Shown here: positions 1 to 9,029 of the stretch, in pieces
How positions within the stretch are numbered: the stretch's first letter is position 1
How the letters are laid out: each line of letters begins with the position of its first letter
Origin: Candidatus Latescibacterota bacterium
GTDB lineage: Bacteria; Latescibacterota; UBA2968; UBA8231
Assembly (NCBI GenBank): GCA_036336855.1
Contig: JAYZFI010000052.1
Span: forward strand, 73,178-137,177
Direction: 5' to 3'
Length of the DNA: 64,000 nt
Position numbers and translations under genes: made by a program
The notes under the pieces: generated by a model
What the model was told of the DNA's origin: nothing
The model's input: the letters and a program-made list of their open reading frames with translations, nothing else
Databases searched by the model: none

Positions 1-504
1 AGCCGCATCGAAGGCGCCGTCCTCGGCGTGCATCCCCGCCAAACAGAGGCGGGCGGAATCGAGCACGGCAGAGAAGGTGTTACCGGCCTGCTCGCCAGCG
101 GTGATCAGATCGGCGTAGCTCCCCGCCGCCGCCTCGCGCTCGCCTAGTTGCTCCAGGGCTCGCGCCATCCACAGTCGTCGATAGTCCTCCAGAAGCGGCA
201 ACTGATTGGGCAGGCGAGCGAGCCGGGCGTAGGCGTTGTGCGCCATTCCCAGGGCGCGCTCGCAGATCGCGAGACGGAGTTCATGCCGCACGTTGAGTTC
301 GTCGGATTGGGTTTCGGTACGCAGCCGGTCGTAGGCGGCGACGTACTGCCTGTTCCGGATCAACCCCAAGGCATCCCGAGACCGGCTCGGGCGATCGGTC
401 TCGAGTAGATGGGGTTGTTCCCGTGCGAAGTGGGCAGCAAGGGGCAGCAGAACCAGAACGCACAGCGCCGTAGTGCTTATGACCAGAAGAATCCGGGAGA
501 CCAT
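1..504 (-). CDS. secreted helical-repeat (TPR-like) protein, N-terminal 168 codons only; gene continues past the left edge
   Basis: Hand translation of the minus strand from ATG 504..502 stays open to position 1. It is absent from the ORF track because there is no stop in the window. It starts MVSRILLVISTTALCVLVLLPLAAHFA (signal-peptide-like), then Leu/Ala/Arg-rich helical repeats (..LEDYRRLWMARALEQLGEREAAAGSYADLI..). Function not assignable. Confidence 0.55.
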   Translation of the reverse strand, partial: MVSRILLVISTTALCVLVLLPLAAHFAREQPHLLETDRPSRSRDALGLIRNRQYVAAYDRLRTETQSDELNVRHELRLAICERALGMAHNAYARLARLPNQLPLLEDYRRLWMARALEQLGEREAAAGSYADLITAGEQAGNTFSAVLDSARLCLAGMHAEDGAFDAA

Positions 505-610
505 GAGAGGGTTGCGAGAGGCGTCTGTTCGTTGAAGGCCGGGAGGAGAAGCTCTGGGCCCGTGCTCCCTGAAGGGCCTCAAAGGTAACCCTAATCTGGT
601 TTGGCGGGCA

Positions 611-637
611 ACGAAAAACTGCAGTCTGGGACTGCAG
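611..637 (-). terminator. rho-independent terminator downstream of the small ORF 664..885
   Basis: The minus strand reads CTGCAGT-cccag-ACTGCAG followed by TTTTTCGTT: a 7-bp perfect stem, 5-nt loop and T-run. Confidence 0.6.
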
Positions 638-663
638 ATACAGCAACATCGACCGCCGTTGGC

Positions 664-885
664 TCAGCCTTTCTGATCGCCCTCTGCGGTACTGTCGAGA
701 GCGCTTCTCAAGAGGTCGGCAAAGCTATCTCCCGACGATGTTGGTGCGACGGTACTCGACCGGCTGCGCGATGCCTGCTCTAACTCCTCGAGATTGCGCC
801 GAATGTTGCGTAGGGCGCTGTGGATCTCGCGGTCGATCTCCTGAAGCCGGCGATCGATGTGTGCGATGGGTCGGGAGATTTCCAT
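664..885 (-). CDS. small (73 aa) coiled-coil-like protein of unknown function
   Basis: This is the inner ATG of ORF 664..966. Product: MEISRPIAHIDRRLQEIDREIHSALRNIRRNLEELEQ... Third codon positions are mostly G/C, as in neighbouring genes. A clean terminator follows (611..637) and an AT-rich upstream region precedes it. The start codon is uncertain. Confidence 0.4.
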   Translation of the reverse strand: MEISRPIAHIDRRLQEIDREIHSALRNIRRNLEELEQASRSRSSTVAPTSSGDSFADLLRSALDSTAEGDQKG

Positions 886-1146
886 GCCGTCTGCAATATC
901 ATGCGCCCGAGAGCGGAGGGGAAGGGAATGCCTCCCCGCGCCCATACGGACGGGTCCACCGGACAAAAAAGCAAATTATGTGCCCGGCAAAAGAGTAGTC
1001 AGAAAATAGATTCTAACTAATTGATAATTATTCAGTTGAGATTGGCGAGAGAGGACCAGATCGGACCCCGAAAGAGCCGGTGTGGGGAACTAGGTTCCCA
1101 ACTTTTCCTCCCCTGAGAAATATGTGCCCCTGGCTTCCCGGCACCG

Positions 1147-2556
1147 TCAGCGCCGGGGAGGCATCACGTGCGGGCTCAAGCCGTGGAAGAACTCAGCCGC
1201 CTCCATCATCGTTTCAGAAAGCGTTGGATGGGGGTGGATGCTCAGGGCGACGTCGTCGACCACAGCGGCCATCTCCACCGCCAGTACACCCTCGGCGATG
1301 AGCTCGCTGGCTCCAGGGCCGGCGATGCCCACCCCAAGAATCCGCTCACTCTCGGGGTCGACGATAAGTTTTGTGACGCCGTCGTTGCGGTCCAGGGTGG
1401 CAGCGCGGCCTGAAGCGCCCCAAGGAAAGCGGGACACCTTTACGGTGCGGCCCTGAGCTTTGGCCTCAGCTTCGGTGAGGCCGCACCAGGCGAGCTCGGG
1501 ATCGGTATAAACCACGGAAGGTATCGCCTTGGGCTCGAAGGCGGAGCGCTTACCGGCGATCACCTCGGCGGCGACGATGCCCTCGTGGGAGGCGGTGTGT
1601 GCCAGCGCCGAGCCAATGACATCGCCGACGGCGAAGATCGTCGGCTCCGCCGTACGGCGCTGCAGATCGACCTGCACGAAGCCGAGCTCCCCGACCTGAA
1701 CCCTGGTGTTCTCGAGACCGATGTCTTCAGAATTGGGACGGCGGCCGATGGACAGCAGAATCCGGTCGTAACTCTCGACGCTGTCATCGCCATCGGCGGG
1801 CTCCATGGTCACCTGTAGATGGCCCTCCCCTTCGGAGACGGAGGTGACCTTAGTCTGCAGGCGGACTTGCTCGAACTGACCTTCCAGGCGCTTGTGCAAC
1901 ACGCGAACCAGATCGCGGTCTCCCGGCGGTACGAGGCCATCGGTCATCTCCACCACTGAGACCGCCGACCCCAGCGCCGAGTAGACCTGGCCGAGCTCTA
2001 GCCCGATGATGCCGCCTCCCACCACGAGCAGGCGCTCGGGTACGTCGGCGAGTTCCAGAGCGCCGGTGGAATCCATGATATTGTCGGAGCCGATGTCGAG
2101 GGCGGGCAGGATGGTGGGGCGCGAGCCTGTGGCGAGCACGGCGTTGTCGAACTCCAGCTCCTGCGTGCCCTCGGCGGTCTCGACGGCCAGCGACTGGGCG
2201 CCGGTAAACCGGGCGCGGCCTTGCACATAGGTCACCTTACGACCCTTAGCCAGTTGGCCAAGACCGCCGGTCATGTTCGCTACCACCCGGTCCTTGAAAG
2301 CACGCAGCTTGTCGAGGTCGATTTTGGGATTGCCGAAGCTGATTCCCCACTCCTCCGCCTCACGAGCCTCGGCGAGCAGCTTGGCTACGTGTAGCAGTGC
2401 TTTTGAGGGGATGCAGCCCCGGTACAGGCAGACTCCGCCCGGGTCGTCATCGAGATCGATGAGGGTGACCTGTTGACCGAGGTCGGCGGCGCGGAAGGCG
2501 GCGACGTAGCCCCCTGGGCCGCCGCCAATGACAGCGGTCTGGGTGCGATCAGCCAT
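1147..2556 (-). CDS. lpdA: dihydrolipoyl dehydrogenase (E3 of pyruvate dehydrogenase complex)
   Basis: MADRTQTAVIGGGPGGYVAAFRAADLG (FAD GxGxxG); redox-active disulfide GGVCLYRGCIPSK; last gene after E1 and E2. Start trimmed to ATG 2556, which leaves an 8-nt gap to the aceF stop. Confidence 0.95.
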   Translation of the reverse strand: MADRTQTAVIGGGPGGYVAAFRAADLGQQVTLIDLDDDPGGVCLYRGCIPSKALLHVAKLLAEAREAEEWGISFGNPKIDLDKLRAFKDRVVANMTGGLGQLAKGRKVTYVQGRARFTGAQSLAVETAEGTQELEFDNAVLATGSRPTILPALDIGSDNIMDSTGALELADVPERLLVVGGGIIGLELGQVYSALGSAVSVVEMTDGLVPPGDRDLVRVLHKRLEGQFEQVRLQTKVTSVSEGEGHLQVTMEPADGDDSVESYDRILLSIGRRPNSEDIGLENTRVQVGELGFVQVDLQRRTAEPTIFAVGDVIGSALAHTASHEGIVAAEVIAGKRSAFEPKAIPSVVYTDPELAWCGLTEAEAKAQGRTVKVSRFPWGASGRAATLDRNDGVTKLIVDPESERILGVGIAGPGASELIAEGVLAVEMAAVVDDVALSIHPHPTLSETMMEAAEFFHGLSPHVMPPRR

Positions 2557-2564
2557 GGCTCGTC

Positions 2565-4181
2565 TCAGCCCTCGAAGGCCAGGTAATAGGGGTTTTCCAG
2601 ACCCTCGCAAATGAAGCGGAGAAAGCGCGCACCATCGGCGCCGTCTATGAGTCGGTGGTCGTAAGATAGGGAGAGCGGCATGATCAGCCGTGGCTGAAAC
2701 TCGTCGTCGATGTGGACTGCCTCGGTGCGGCTGCGTGCCACGCCGAGAATCGCAACCTCCGGTGAATTGACAATTGGCGTGAAGGAGGTGCCACCGATGC
2801 CGCCGAGGTTACTAATCGTGAAGCAGCCCCCTTGCATGTCTTCCACCGACACCCGCCCGGTGCGTGTTTTCTCCGCCATTTCTCCGAGCTCCAGTGACAG
2901 CTCGGTCACCGTCTTCTGGTCGACGTCGCGGATCACCGGCACCAGCAGGCCGCGTTTAGTGTCCACGGCGATGCCCACGTGAGTGTAGTTCTTGTAAACC
3001 ACCTCTTGTGCGGCCATGTCGATGCTGGCGCTGAACTGTGGAAACTTGCGCAACGAGGTGGCCACCACCTTGAGGATGATCGCCGTGGGCGTGAGCTTGC
3101 CCCCCGCCTTCTCAACCAACTTGCTGTGGTTCTTGCGCCAAGCCTCGAGTTCGGTGACGTCGGCATGATCGAACTGGGTGACGTGGGGGATCGTCGTCCA
3201 CGCCTGGGTCATGCGCTCGGCGGTGATGCGGCGCACGTTGCTGAAGGGCTCGCGCTCAATCTCCCCCCATGTGGAGAAGTCGGGCAGAGGAACTGCTGTT
3301 GCGGCCACACCGGCGCCGTGGCGTTCGTGCAGGGCCTTGGAATGGGCCTTTACGTCTGCCTCGGAGATGCGGCCGGTGGGACTCGTGCCCTTCACCTGGA
3401 TGATGTCGATGCCGATCTCACGCGCCAGGCGGCGCACCGAGGGAGCTGCCGGGACCAGACGGGCGCGGGGCGTCGCCAACGGAGCGGTAGCGGGTGCCGC
3501 TGAAGCGGGAGCCGGGGTAGGGCTCTGGACCGAGGCAGCGGTCGGTGGAGCTGGTTCCGGGGCGAACTCGGGTTCAGCCGATCCGGCATTCGCCTCCACC
3601 ATGGCCACGAGCTGACCCACCGAGGCGGTATCGCCCTCTTTCACGTGAATGGCCTTCACCACTCCCGCGGTAGGCGAGGGCATCTCCACCACACCCTTGT
3701 CGATTTCGAGCTCAATGAGGCCTTGCTCCTCTTTGATGCTGTCGCCCTCGGAAACCAGGATGTCCACGACCTCGCCGCTCTGGATGCCTTCACCGAGTTC
3801 GGGCAGCTTGACCTCGATGTCGCCGACGGGAGGAAGCGCCGACGGTGGCGTGGCCGGAGCCGGCGCGGTGGGTCGCTCGGGCGTTGCAGTTGCTTCGCTG
3901 GCAGCAGACTCCGGTGATGGCTCAGGGGCCGCCGTAACGCCGCCGCTGCCGTCGACCCGCAGAATCGCCTGGCCGATGTTGGCGGTGTCCCCTTGGGAGA
4001 CCAGGATCTCGGTGATGATCCCAGTTACCGAAGAGGGGACCTCAATGACGGCTTTGTCGGTCTCGAGTTCGATGACCGGCTGGTCCTCGGCCAGGGTGTC
4101 GCCGACGTTGACGAGGACACTGATTACTTCGCCGGACTCGACGTTCTCGCCCAGATCAGGGAGGTCGAATTCTACGGCCAT
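2565..4181 (-). CDS. aceF: dihydrolipoyllysine-residue acetyltransferase (E2), two lipoyl domains
   Basis: Two lipoyl-lysine motifs (ELETDKAVIEVPS, ELEIDKGVVEMPS), Ala/Pro-rich linkers, an E3-binding segment (PSVRRLAREIGIDI) and the catalytic SYDHRLIDGADGARF. Confidence 0.95.
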   Translation of the reverse strand: MAVEFDLPDLGENVESGEVISVLVNVGDTLAEDQPVIELETDKAVIEVPSSVTGIITEILVSQGDTANIGQAILRVDGSGGVTAAPEPSPESAASEATATPERPTAPAPATPPSALPPVGDIEVKLPELGEGIQSGEVVDILVSEGDSIKEEQGLIELEIDKGVVEMPSPTAGVVKAIHVKEGDTASVGQLVAMVEANAGSAEPEFAPEPAPPTAASVQSPTPAPASAAPATAPLATPRARLVPAAPSVRRLAREIGIDIIQVKGTSPTGRISEADVKAHSKALHERHGAGVAATAVPLPDFSTWGEIEREPFSNVRRITAERMTQAWTTIPHVTQFDHADVTELEAWRKNHSKLVEKAGGKLTPTAIILKVVATSLRKFPQFSASIDMAAQEVVYKNYTHVGIAVDTKRGLLVPVIRDVDQKTVTELSLELGEMAEKTRTGRVSVEDMQGGCFTISNLGGIGGTSFTPIVNSPEVAILGVARSRTEAVHIDDEFQPRLIMPLSLSYDHRLIDGADGARFLRFICEGLENPYYLAFEG

Positions 4182-4187
4182 GCTCCC

Positions 4188-6911
4188 TCAGAGGATGACG
4201 GGGTTGGGTTTGTCGGGATCGATCCCGAGAGCGGCGATCGCCTCCTTGACGATGCTGTCCTCGATGGAGCCTTCTTGGGCCAGCGCCGCCAGGGTGGCGA
4301 CGGTGATGTAGCGCGCGTCCACCTCGAAGAAGGCTCGCAGCTCGGCTCGGCCTTCGCTTCGTCCGAAACCGTCGGTGCCGAGTGTCACTGGGTGATTCGG
4401 AAACCAGCGGGCTATCGACTCAGACAGTGCCTTCACGTAGTCGGAGGCGATGACGAACACACCCCTTTCCTTCTCGAGACATTGACTGATCCAGCTCTGG
4501 CGCTGGCTTTCGCCGGGGTGCAGGCGATTCCAACGGTCGATGTCGAGGCCATCGTTATGCAACTCCTTGAAGCTGGTGATGCTCCACACGTCGGCAGCGA
4601 CATTGTAGTCGCGCGCCAGGATTTCCTGCGCCTGCAACGCCATGTTGAGAATGGCACCCGCGCCGAACAGGTGCGCGCGCAGCTTGCTGCGCTTCCCCTT
4701 CTCCGCCTCGCGGAAGCGGTAGAGCCCGCGCAGGATGCCCTCGTCGGTGGCGCTGTCGGGCCGGGCCGGCATGGGATAGGGCTCGTTTTCCACTGTGAGG
4801 TAGTAAAACACGTCCTCCTGTTCGCAGTACATGCGGCGGATGCCATCCTTGATGATCACCTCGAGCTCGTAGGCGAAGGCAGGATCGTAGGCGACCAGGT
4901 TAGGAACAGCGTAGGCGAACAGGTGGCTGTTGCCGTCGTTGTGCTGCAGACCCTCGCCAGCAAGGGTGGTGCGCCCCGCCGTGCCTCCCACCAGAAATCC
5001 TTTGCAGCGGATGTCGCCGGCGAGCCACAACAGGTCGCCGATGCGCTGAAACCCGAACATCGAGTAGTGAATGAAGAAGGGGATCGTGTTAATGCCGTGC
5101 GAGGCGTAGGCGGTGCCGGCGGCGATGAAGGAGGACATGGAACCCGCCTCCGTGATCCCTTCTTCGAGGATCTGCCCGTCGGTGGCCTCCTTGTAGTAGG
5201 AGAGCGTGTCTCGATCCACCGGCTCGTAGAGCTGGCCCTGATGGGCGTAGATCCCCACGACCCGGAACAGCGAGTCAAGCCCGAATGTGCGCGCCTCGTC
5301 GGGAATGATGGGCACGATCAAATTTCCCAGATTTTTGTCGCGCAGCAACTTGGTGAGAATGCGGCCGAATGCCATGGTGGTTGCCATGGTGCGGTCCCCG
5401 GCGCTTTCGGCAAAGTTGTTGAATAGGCTGTCGTCTAGAGGCGGCAGGGGTTTGGCGCGAACCGAGCGTTGTGGCAGGTAGCCGCCCAATGCCTCGCGAC
5501 GCTCCCGTAAGTAGCGCATCTCTTCGCTGTTCTCGTCGGGGCGGTAGAACGGCGCCTCAGCGACGTCGTCGTCGTCGATGGGAATGCCGAAGCGGGTGCG
5601 GAACTCCCGTAGTTCGTCCTCATTCAGCTTCTTCTGCTGATGGGAGATGTTCATGCCCTCGCCGGCTTCGCCCAGGCCGTAGCCCTTGATGGTGTGGGCG
5701 ATGACGACGGTGGGTGAGCCGGTGTGCTCCGTGGCGGCCTTGAAAGAGGCGTAGACTTTGTCCGGGTCGTGGCCACCCCTGCGCATTTTACGCAACTGCT
5801 CGTCAGAGAGGTGCTCCACCATCCTTAGTAGCCGTGGGTCGGTGCCGAAGAAATGCTCGCGGATGTAGGCGCCGTCAGAAACGCTGTACTTCTGCATCTC
5901 GCCATCGACGACTTCGCCCAAGCGGCGTGCGAGCATGCCTTCGTGATCGGCAGCCAGCAGGGAGTCCCAGTCATCACCCCACAGTACCTTGATCACGTTC
6001 CAACCGGCGCCGCGGAAGGCGCCTTCGAGCTCTTGGATGATCTTGCCGTTGCCGCGCACTGGGCCGTCGAGGCGCTGCAGGTTGCAGTTCACTACCCAGA
6101 TAAGGTTGTCGAGCTTCTCGCGCGAAGCCAGGGTGATGGCTCCCAGCGATTCCGGCTCGTCCATCTCGCCGTCGCCGCAGAAAGCCCACACCTTGCAGTT
6201 GTCCTTGGGCTTGAGGCCGCGGTCTTCGAGATAGCGGTTGAAACGAGCCTGGTAGATCGACACAATCGGACCGAGCCCCATGGAGACCGTGGGAAACTGC
6301 CAGAAGTCGGGCATGAGCCAAGGGTGCGGATAGGAGCTGAGCCCCTTCTCGGGTCGCAACTCGCGCCGGAAGTTCTCGAGGTTAACTTCGTCAAAACGGC
6401 CCTCGAGGAAGGCCCGTGCGTAGATCCCGGGGGCGGCGTGACCCTGGAAGAACACGAGATCACCGCTATAGTCTTCGCACGGCGCCCGGAAGAAGTGGTT
6501 GAAACCGACCTCGTATAGGGTGGCAGATGAGGCGTACGAGGAGATGTGGCCTCCGGGAGTCGCCTTGTCCTGGTTGGCGCGCACCACCATGGCCATGGCA
6601 TTCCAGCGGATTAGGCTCTTGATGCGGCGCTCGATCTCACGGCTACCCGGATACGGAGGCTGGGCATCCCGCGGAATGGTGTTAGTGTAGGGGGTCTGGG
6701 CTGTGAAGGGCAGGGACACGCCCGAACTCTCCGCTCGCCCAAAGAGCTGACGCAATAGATCCCGAACTTGTTCGGGATCGCGGTGCTCGAGAACGTAGTC
6801 TATAGAATCCAACCACTCGCGGAGTTCGACTTCGATCTCGCCGTTGGTGGAGGTGCGGGAAACGCAAACATCCAGTGCCGGGGATGCGGACTCACTCATG
6901 GGCTCGTTCAT
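4188..6911 (-). CDS. aceE: pyruvate dehydrogenase E1 component, homodimeric AceE type
   Basis: About 900 aa of AceE-like sequence (..GGHISSYASSATLYEVGFNHFFR.., ..GDGEMDEPES..), directly upstream of E2. Start taken at MNEPMSES (ATG 6911); ATG 6899 (MSES..) is equally possible. Confidence 0.93.
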   Translation of the reverse strand: MNEPMSESASPALDVCVSRTSTNGEIEVELREWLDSIDYVLEHRDPEQVRDLLRQLFGRAESSGVSLPFTAQTPYTNTIPRDAQPPYPGSREIERRIKSLIRWNAMAMVVRANQDKATPGGHISSYASSATLYEVGFNHFFRAPCEDYSGDLVFFQGHAAPGIYARAFLEGRFDEVNLENFRRELRPEKGLSSYPHPWLMPDFWQFPTVSMGLGPIVSIYQARFNRYLEDRGLKPKDNCKVWAFCGDGEMDEPESLGAITLASREKLDNLIWVVNCNLQRLDGPVRGNGKIIQELEGAFRGAGWNVIKVLWGDDWDSLLAADHEGMLARRLGEVVDGEMQKYSVSDGAYIREHFFGTDPRLLRMVEHLSDEQLRKMRRGGHDPDKVYASFKAATEHTGSPTVVIAHTIKGYGLGEAGEGMNISHQQKKLNEDELREFRTRFGIPIDDDDVAEAPFYRPDENSEEMRYLRERREALGGYLPQRSVRAKPLPPLDDSLFNNFAESAGDRTMATTMAFGRILTKLLRDKNLGNLIVPIIPDEARTFGLDSLFRVVGIYAHQGQLYEPVDRDTLSYYKEATDGQILEEGITEAGSMSSFIAAGTAYASHGINTIPFFIHYSMFGFQRIGDLLWLAGDIRCKGFLVGGTAGRTTLAGEGLQHNDGNSHLFAYAVPNLVAYDPAFAYELEVIIKDGIRRMYCEQEDVFYYLTVENEPYPMPARPDSATDEGILRGLYRFREAEKGKRSKLRAHLFGAGAILNMALQAQEILARDYNVAADVWSITSFKELHNDGLDIDRWNRLHPGESQRQSWISQCLEKERGVFVIASDYVKALSESIARWFPNHPVTLGTDGFGRSEGRAELRAFFEVDARYITVATLAALAQEGSIEDSIVKEAIAALGIDPDKPNPVIL

Positions 6912-7125
6912 CGACGGAATAAGGGCTCCGGGGCTTGATGTGGAGATGCCGAAAACATGGATCCCGGAGTGGCCACACAGCAACTGAGGTCAGATAAGAT
7001 AACCTCTTATGACGGTTGGAAAAGGGCATATAACCACTGTCATGGCGATAAGGCGGTAGCAAGATCCGATCTAGCCTGCAGGGCCTGGATCGCATCTTAC
7101 TGCTGACCATGTCTCAGTCGAGCCG

Positions 7126-8916
7126 ATGACCGTTCGCGACCGTAGCCGCTTCCAGCGCCATTTCCACAGCCTGCCCTGGCTGGTGCTGTCGTTGCTGCTT
7201 CACTTGGTCGGTGTCGTTACTATCGAAGACTGGCGGCGCCGCACCGAGGAAGCGGAGCGCTTTCGCGCCCGGCTGCTCATGGCACCTCGCTTCGAGCCCC
7301 GGCGGCTGCTGTCCACTGAGCCCACGGTTCCGCCCACGGAGATGCAATACCTCACCCCGGACGATCTACGATTGGACAATCCGGAGGATCCCCAGCTGGC
7401 CGAGCAGCCACCGCAGCTCAACCTACCCCAGCTGACACCGACCTCTCTGGAGCTCTTCGAGCTGGCCGCACGCGCCGACACCGTGATCCCGAGCGACCGG
7501 TCCTTCGAGCCCGAGCACCCGGTTCTACAGGCGCTATCCATCCGCGACTCGATGATGCGGCAATCTCTCGATCTGCTGCGCATCACCGACCTCGCCCTCG
7601 CCGGCGGTGAGAAATCGATCATCATCCGCGACCCTACTTCACGGGTGCTGCTCACCGGGTTTTTCACCATCACCCGAGTGCGTGTGCGGGGTGCTGGGGC
7701 CGGGCGCGATGCCGGTTCGTCGGCGCTGGACGCGCTGGCGCGCAACGTGCGCGACAACACCCACCTGCTGGTAAACGTGCGCCAGGAGGCAACGGATCAC
7801 TTTCTCGGCGAGCACCTGCTCAAGGACCCCATACACTTCTTCTTTGAAGGTGGCGGCCTGAGTTTGGTCAACGACTGGCCGCCCCTGCAACTGGCCCCTG
7901 AAGAGCTGGAAATGCTTGAGCGCTACATGCGGGAGGGCGGCCTCGTCTATCTTGACGGCGGCCACCGCTACTTGTTGTACGTGCGGGATCTGCTTCAAAA
8001 AATGTTCGGATCGTCGGCTGGGATTCGCCCCCTGCCGGCCAACCACCCGATCTATCACGCCTTCGCCGACTTCAACGCCGGCTTCCCCCAGGAGGACAAG
8101 CCTCACTGGGAGTACCTCACGGATCTGCCGTACCGCAGTTGGGAGTACCCGGCGGATCAGCGCTACGAAGTGGTATCCACAGACGCCACCTTCAATCCCC
8201 AGTTGACCGCCGTTGTCAATGAAGACCCGCGTCCACCCTTGGGATTATGGGGGGTGGAGTTGGAAGACGGTCGGCTCGTCGCCGTGCTCAGCGATCTGCG
8301 CATGGACTCGAGCTGGGCGGCCTCCTTCAGTTCGTTGCCCGACGACACCGGTCAGTACCCGCCATACATGGGTGCTGGCATCAACCTGCTAGTCTTCGCC
8401 CTCACACGCCACGGCAGCCCCACCGTCGAGCGGCCCCTACCTGCCTTCGCCCAATTGCGTCCAGTCGACCGTCGCAAGGTTTCCGACTCTCTCGACCTCT
8501 TTGAGGAAGCCGATTTCGACGAGACCCTGTACCAAGATCTCGATGCCACCCTTGCAGTAGTTCGCGCGCCGCTGGGCTCGGAGCTCGATGCCGGCATGAA
8601 GGTGACGTTGGACGGCGGTTTCAGCGTAGACCTGCTCAACCCGAAGCTCAATGGCGTACTCATCTACAACCTACCTCCCGGCTCGCACTGGATCGAAGTC
8701 GAGTACGGCGGCAAGACAGAGCAGCTCGAAGCCGATCTGCGCGGCGGACGGGTCGCCACCGTCACCTTCGGCGTCTCTCGCCTGGCGATGCTCAGCAGCG
8801 TATATCTGCGCCTCCAGGACCGCCAGATCCACCTTGAGAGCTGGCACCAGGCGTTTTCCGATCTGGCCATGGACGAGGTCTTCCTCGGCGATGATCGCGA
8901 CGTCTTCGCGCCCTGA
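7126..8916 (+). CDS. membrane-anchored protein with DUF4159-like central region, function unknown
   Basis: N-terminal TM segment (LPWLVLSLLLHLVGVV). The segment ..LLKDPIHFFFEGGGLSLVNDWPPLQLAPEELEMLERYMREGGLVYLDGG.. resembles the DUF4159 pattern (leE..LrrYl..GGfl..D). The remaining ~350 aa are unassigned. Confidence 0.6.
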   Translation: MTVRDRSRFQRHFHSLPWLVLSLLLHLVGVVTIEDWRRRTEEAERFRARLLMAPRFEPRRLLSTEPTVPPTEMQYLTPDDLRLDNPEDPQLAEQPPQLNLPQLTPTSLELFELAARADTVIPSDRSFEPEHPVLQALSIRDSMMRQSLDLLRITDLALAGGEKSIIIRDPTSRVLLTGFFTITRVRVRGAGAGRDAGSSALDALARNVRDNTHLLVNVRQEATDHFLGEHLLKDPIHFFFEGGGLSLVNDWPPLQLAPEELEMLERYMREGGLVYLDGGHRYLLYVRDLLQKMFGSSAGIRPLPANHPIYHAFADFNAGFPQEDKPHWEYLTDLPYRSWEYPADQRYEVVSTDATFNPQLTAVVNEDPRPPLGLWGVELEDGRLVAVLSDLRMDSSWAASFSSLPDDTGQYPPYMGAGINLLVFALTRHGSPTVERPLPAFAQLRPVDRRKVSDSLDLFEEADFDETLYQDLDATLAVVRAPLGSELDAGMKVTLDGGFSVDLLNPKLNGVLIYNLPPGSHWIEVEYGGKTEQLEADLRGGRVATVTFGVSRLAMLSSVYLRLQDRQIHLESWHQAFSDLAMDEVFLGDDRDVFAP

Positions 8917-9029
8917 ATTCAGCCATCGGTCCCATTGCCGGCTTGCCTCATCAGGGTTCTCCGGTTATTTTGCTAACCCGTTGATTTATAAGCAGATCCT
9001 TGATCCAGTCTGCTCCCCTATTTAGCCCG

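Noticed and set aside
1084-1110. Hairpin GGGAAC-tag-GTTCCC followed by AACTTTTCC, considered as the terminator of the pdh operon.
   Set aside because: The T-run is on the plus strand, whereas lpdA is on the minus strand, and no plus-strand gene ends upstream of it. It is probably incidental or part of the small-ORF upstream region.
3993-5426. Long antisense or alternative-frame ORFs inside clearly assigned genes. Examples: 3993..5426(+) in aceE, 16636..17667(-) in nqrC, 18889..20049(-) in nqrF, 23874..24710(-) in atpA, 39069..40376(-) in pyrG, 44211..45152(-) in rpoN, 53561..54514(+) in the ATP-grasp gene, and many in the giant gene.
   Set aside because: These are typical shadow ORFs of GC-rich DNA. 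Their translations are Arg/Gly/Ala/Pro/His-rich with no motifs, and each is fully covered by a gene carrying strong family signatures on the other strand or frame.
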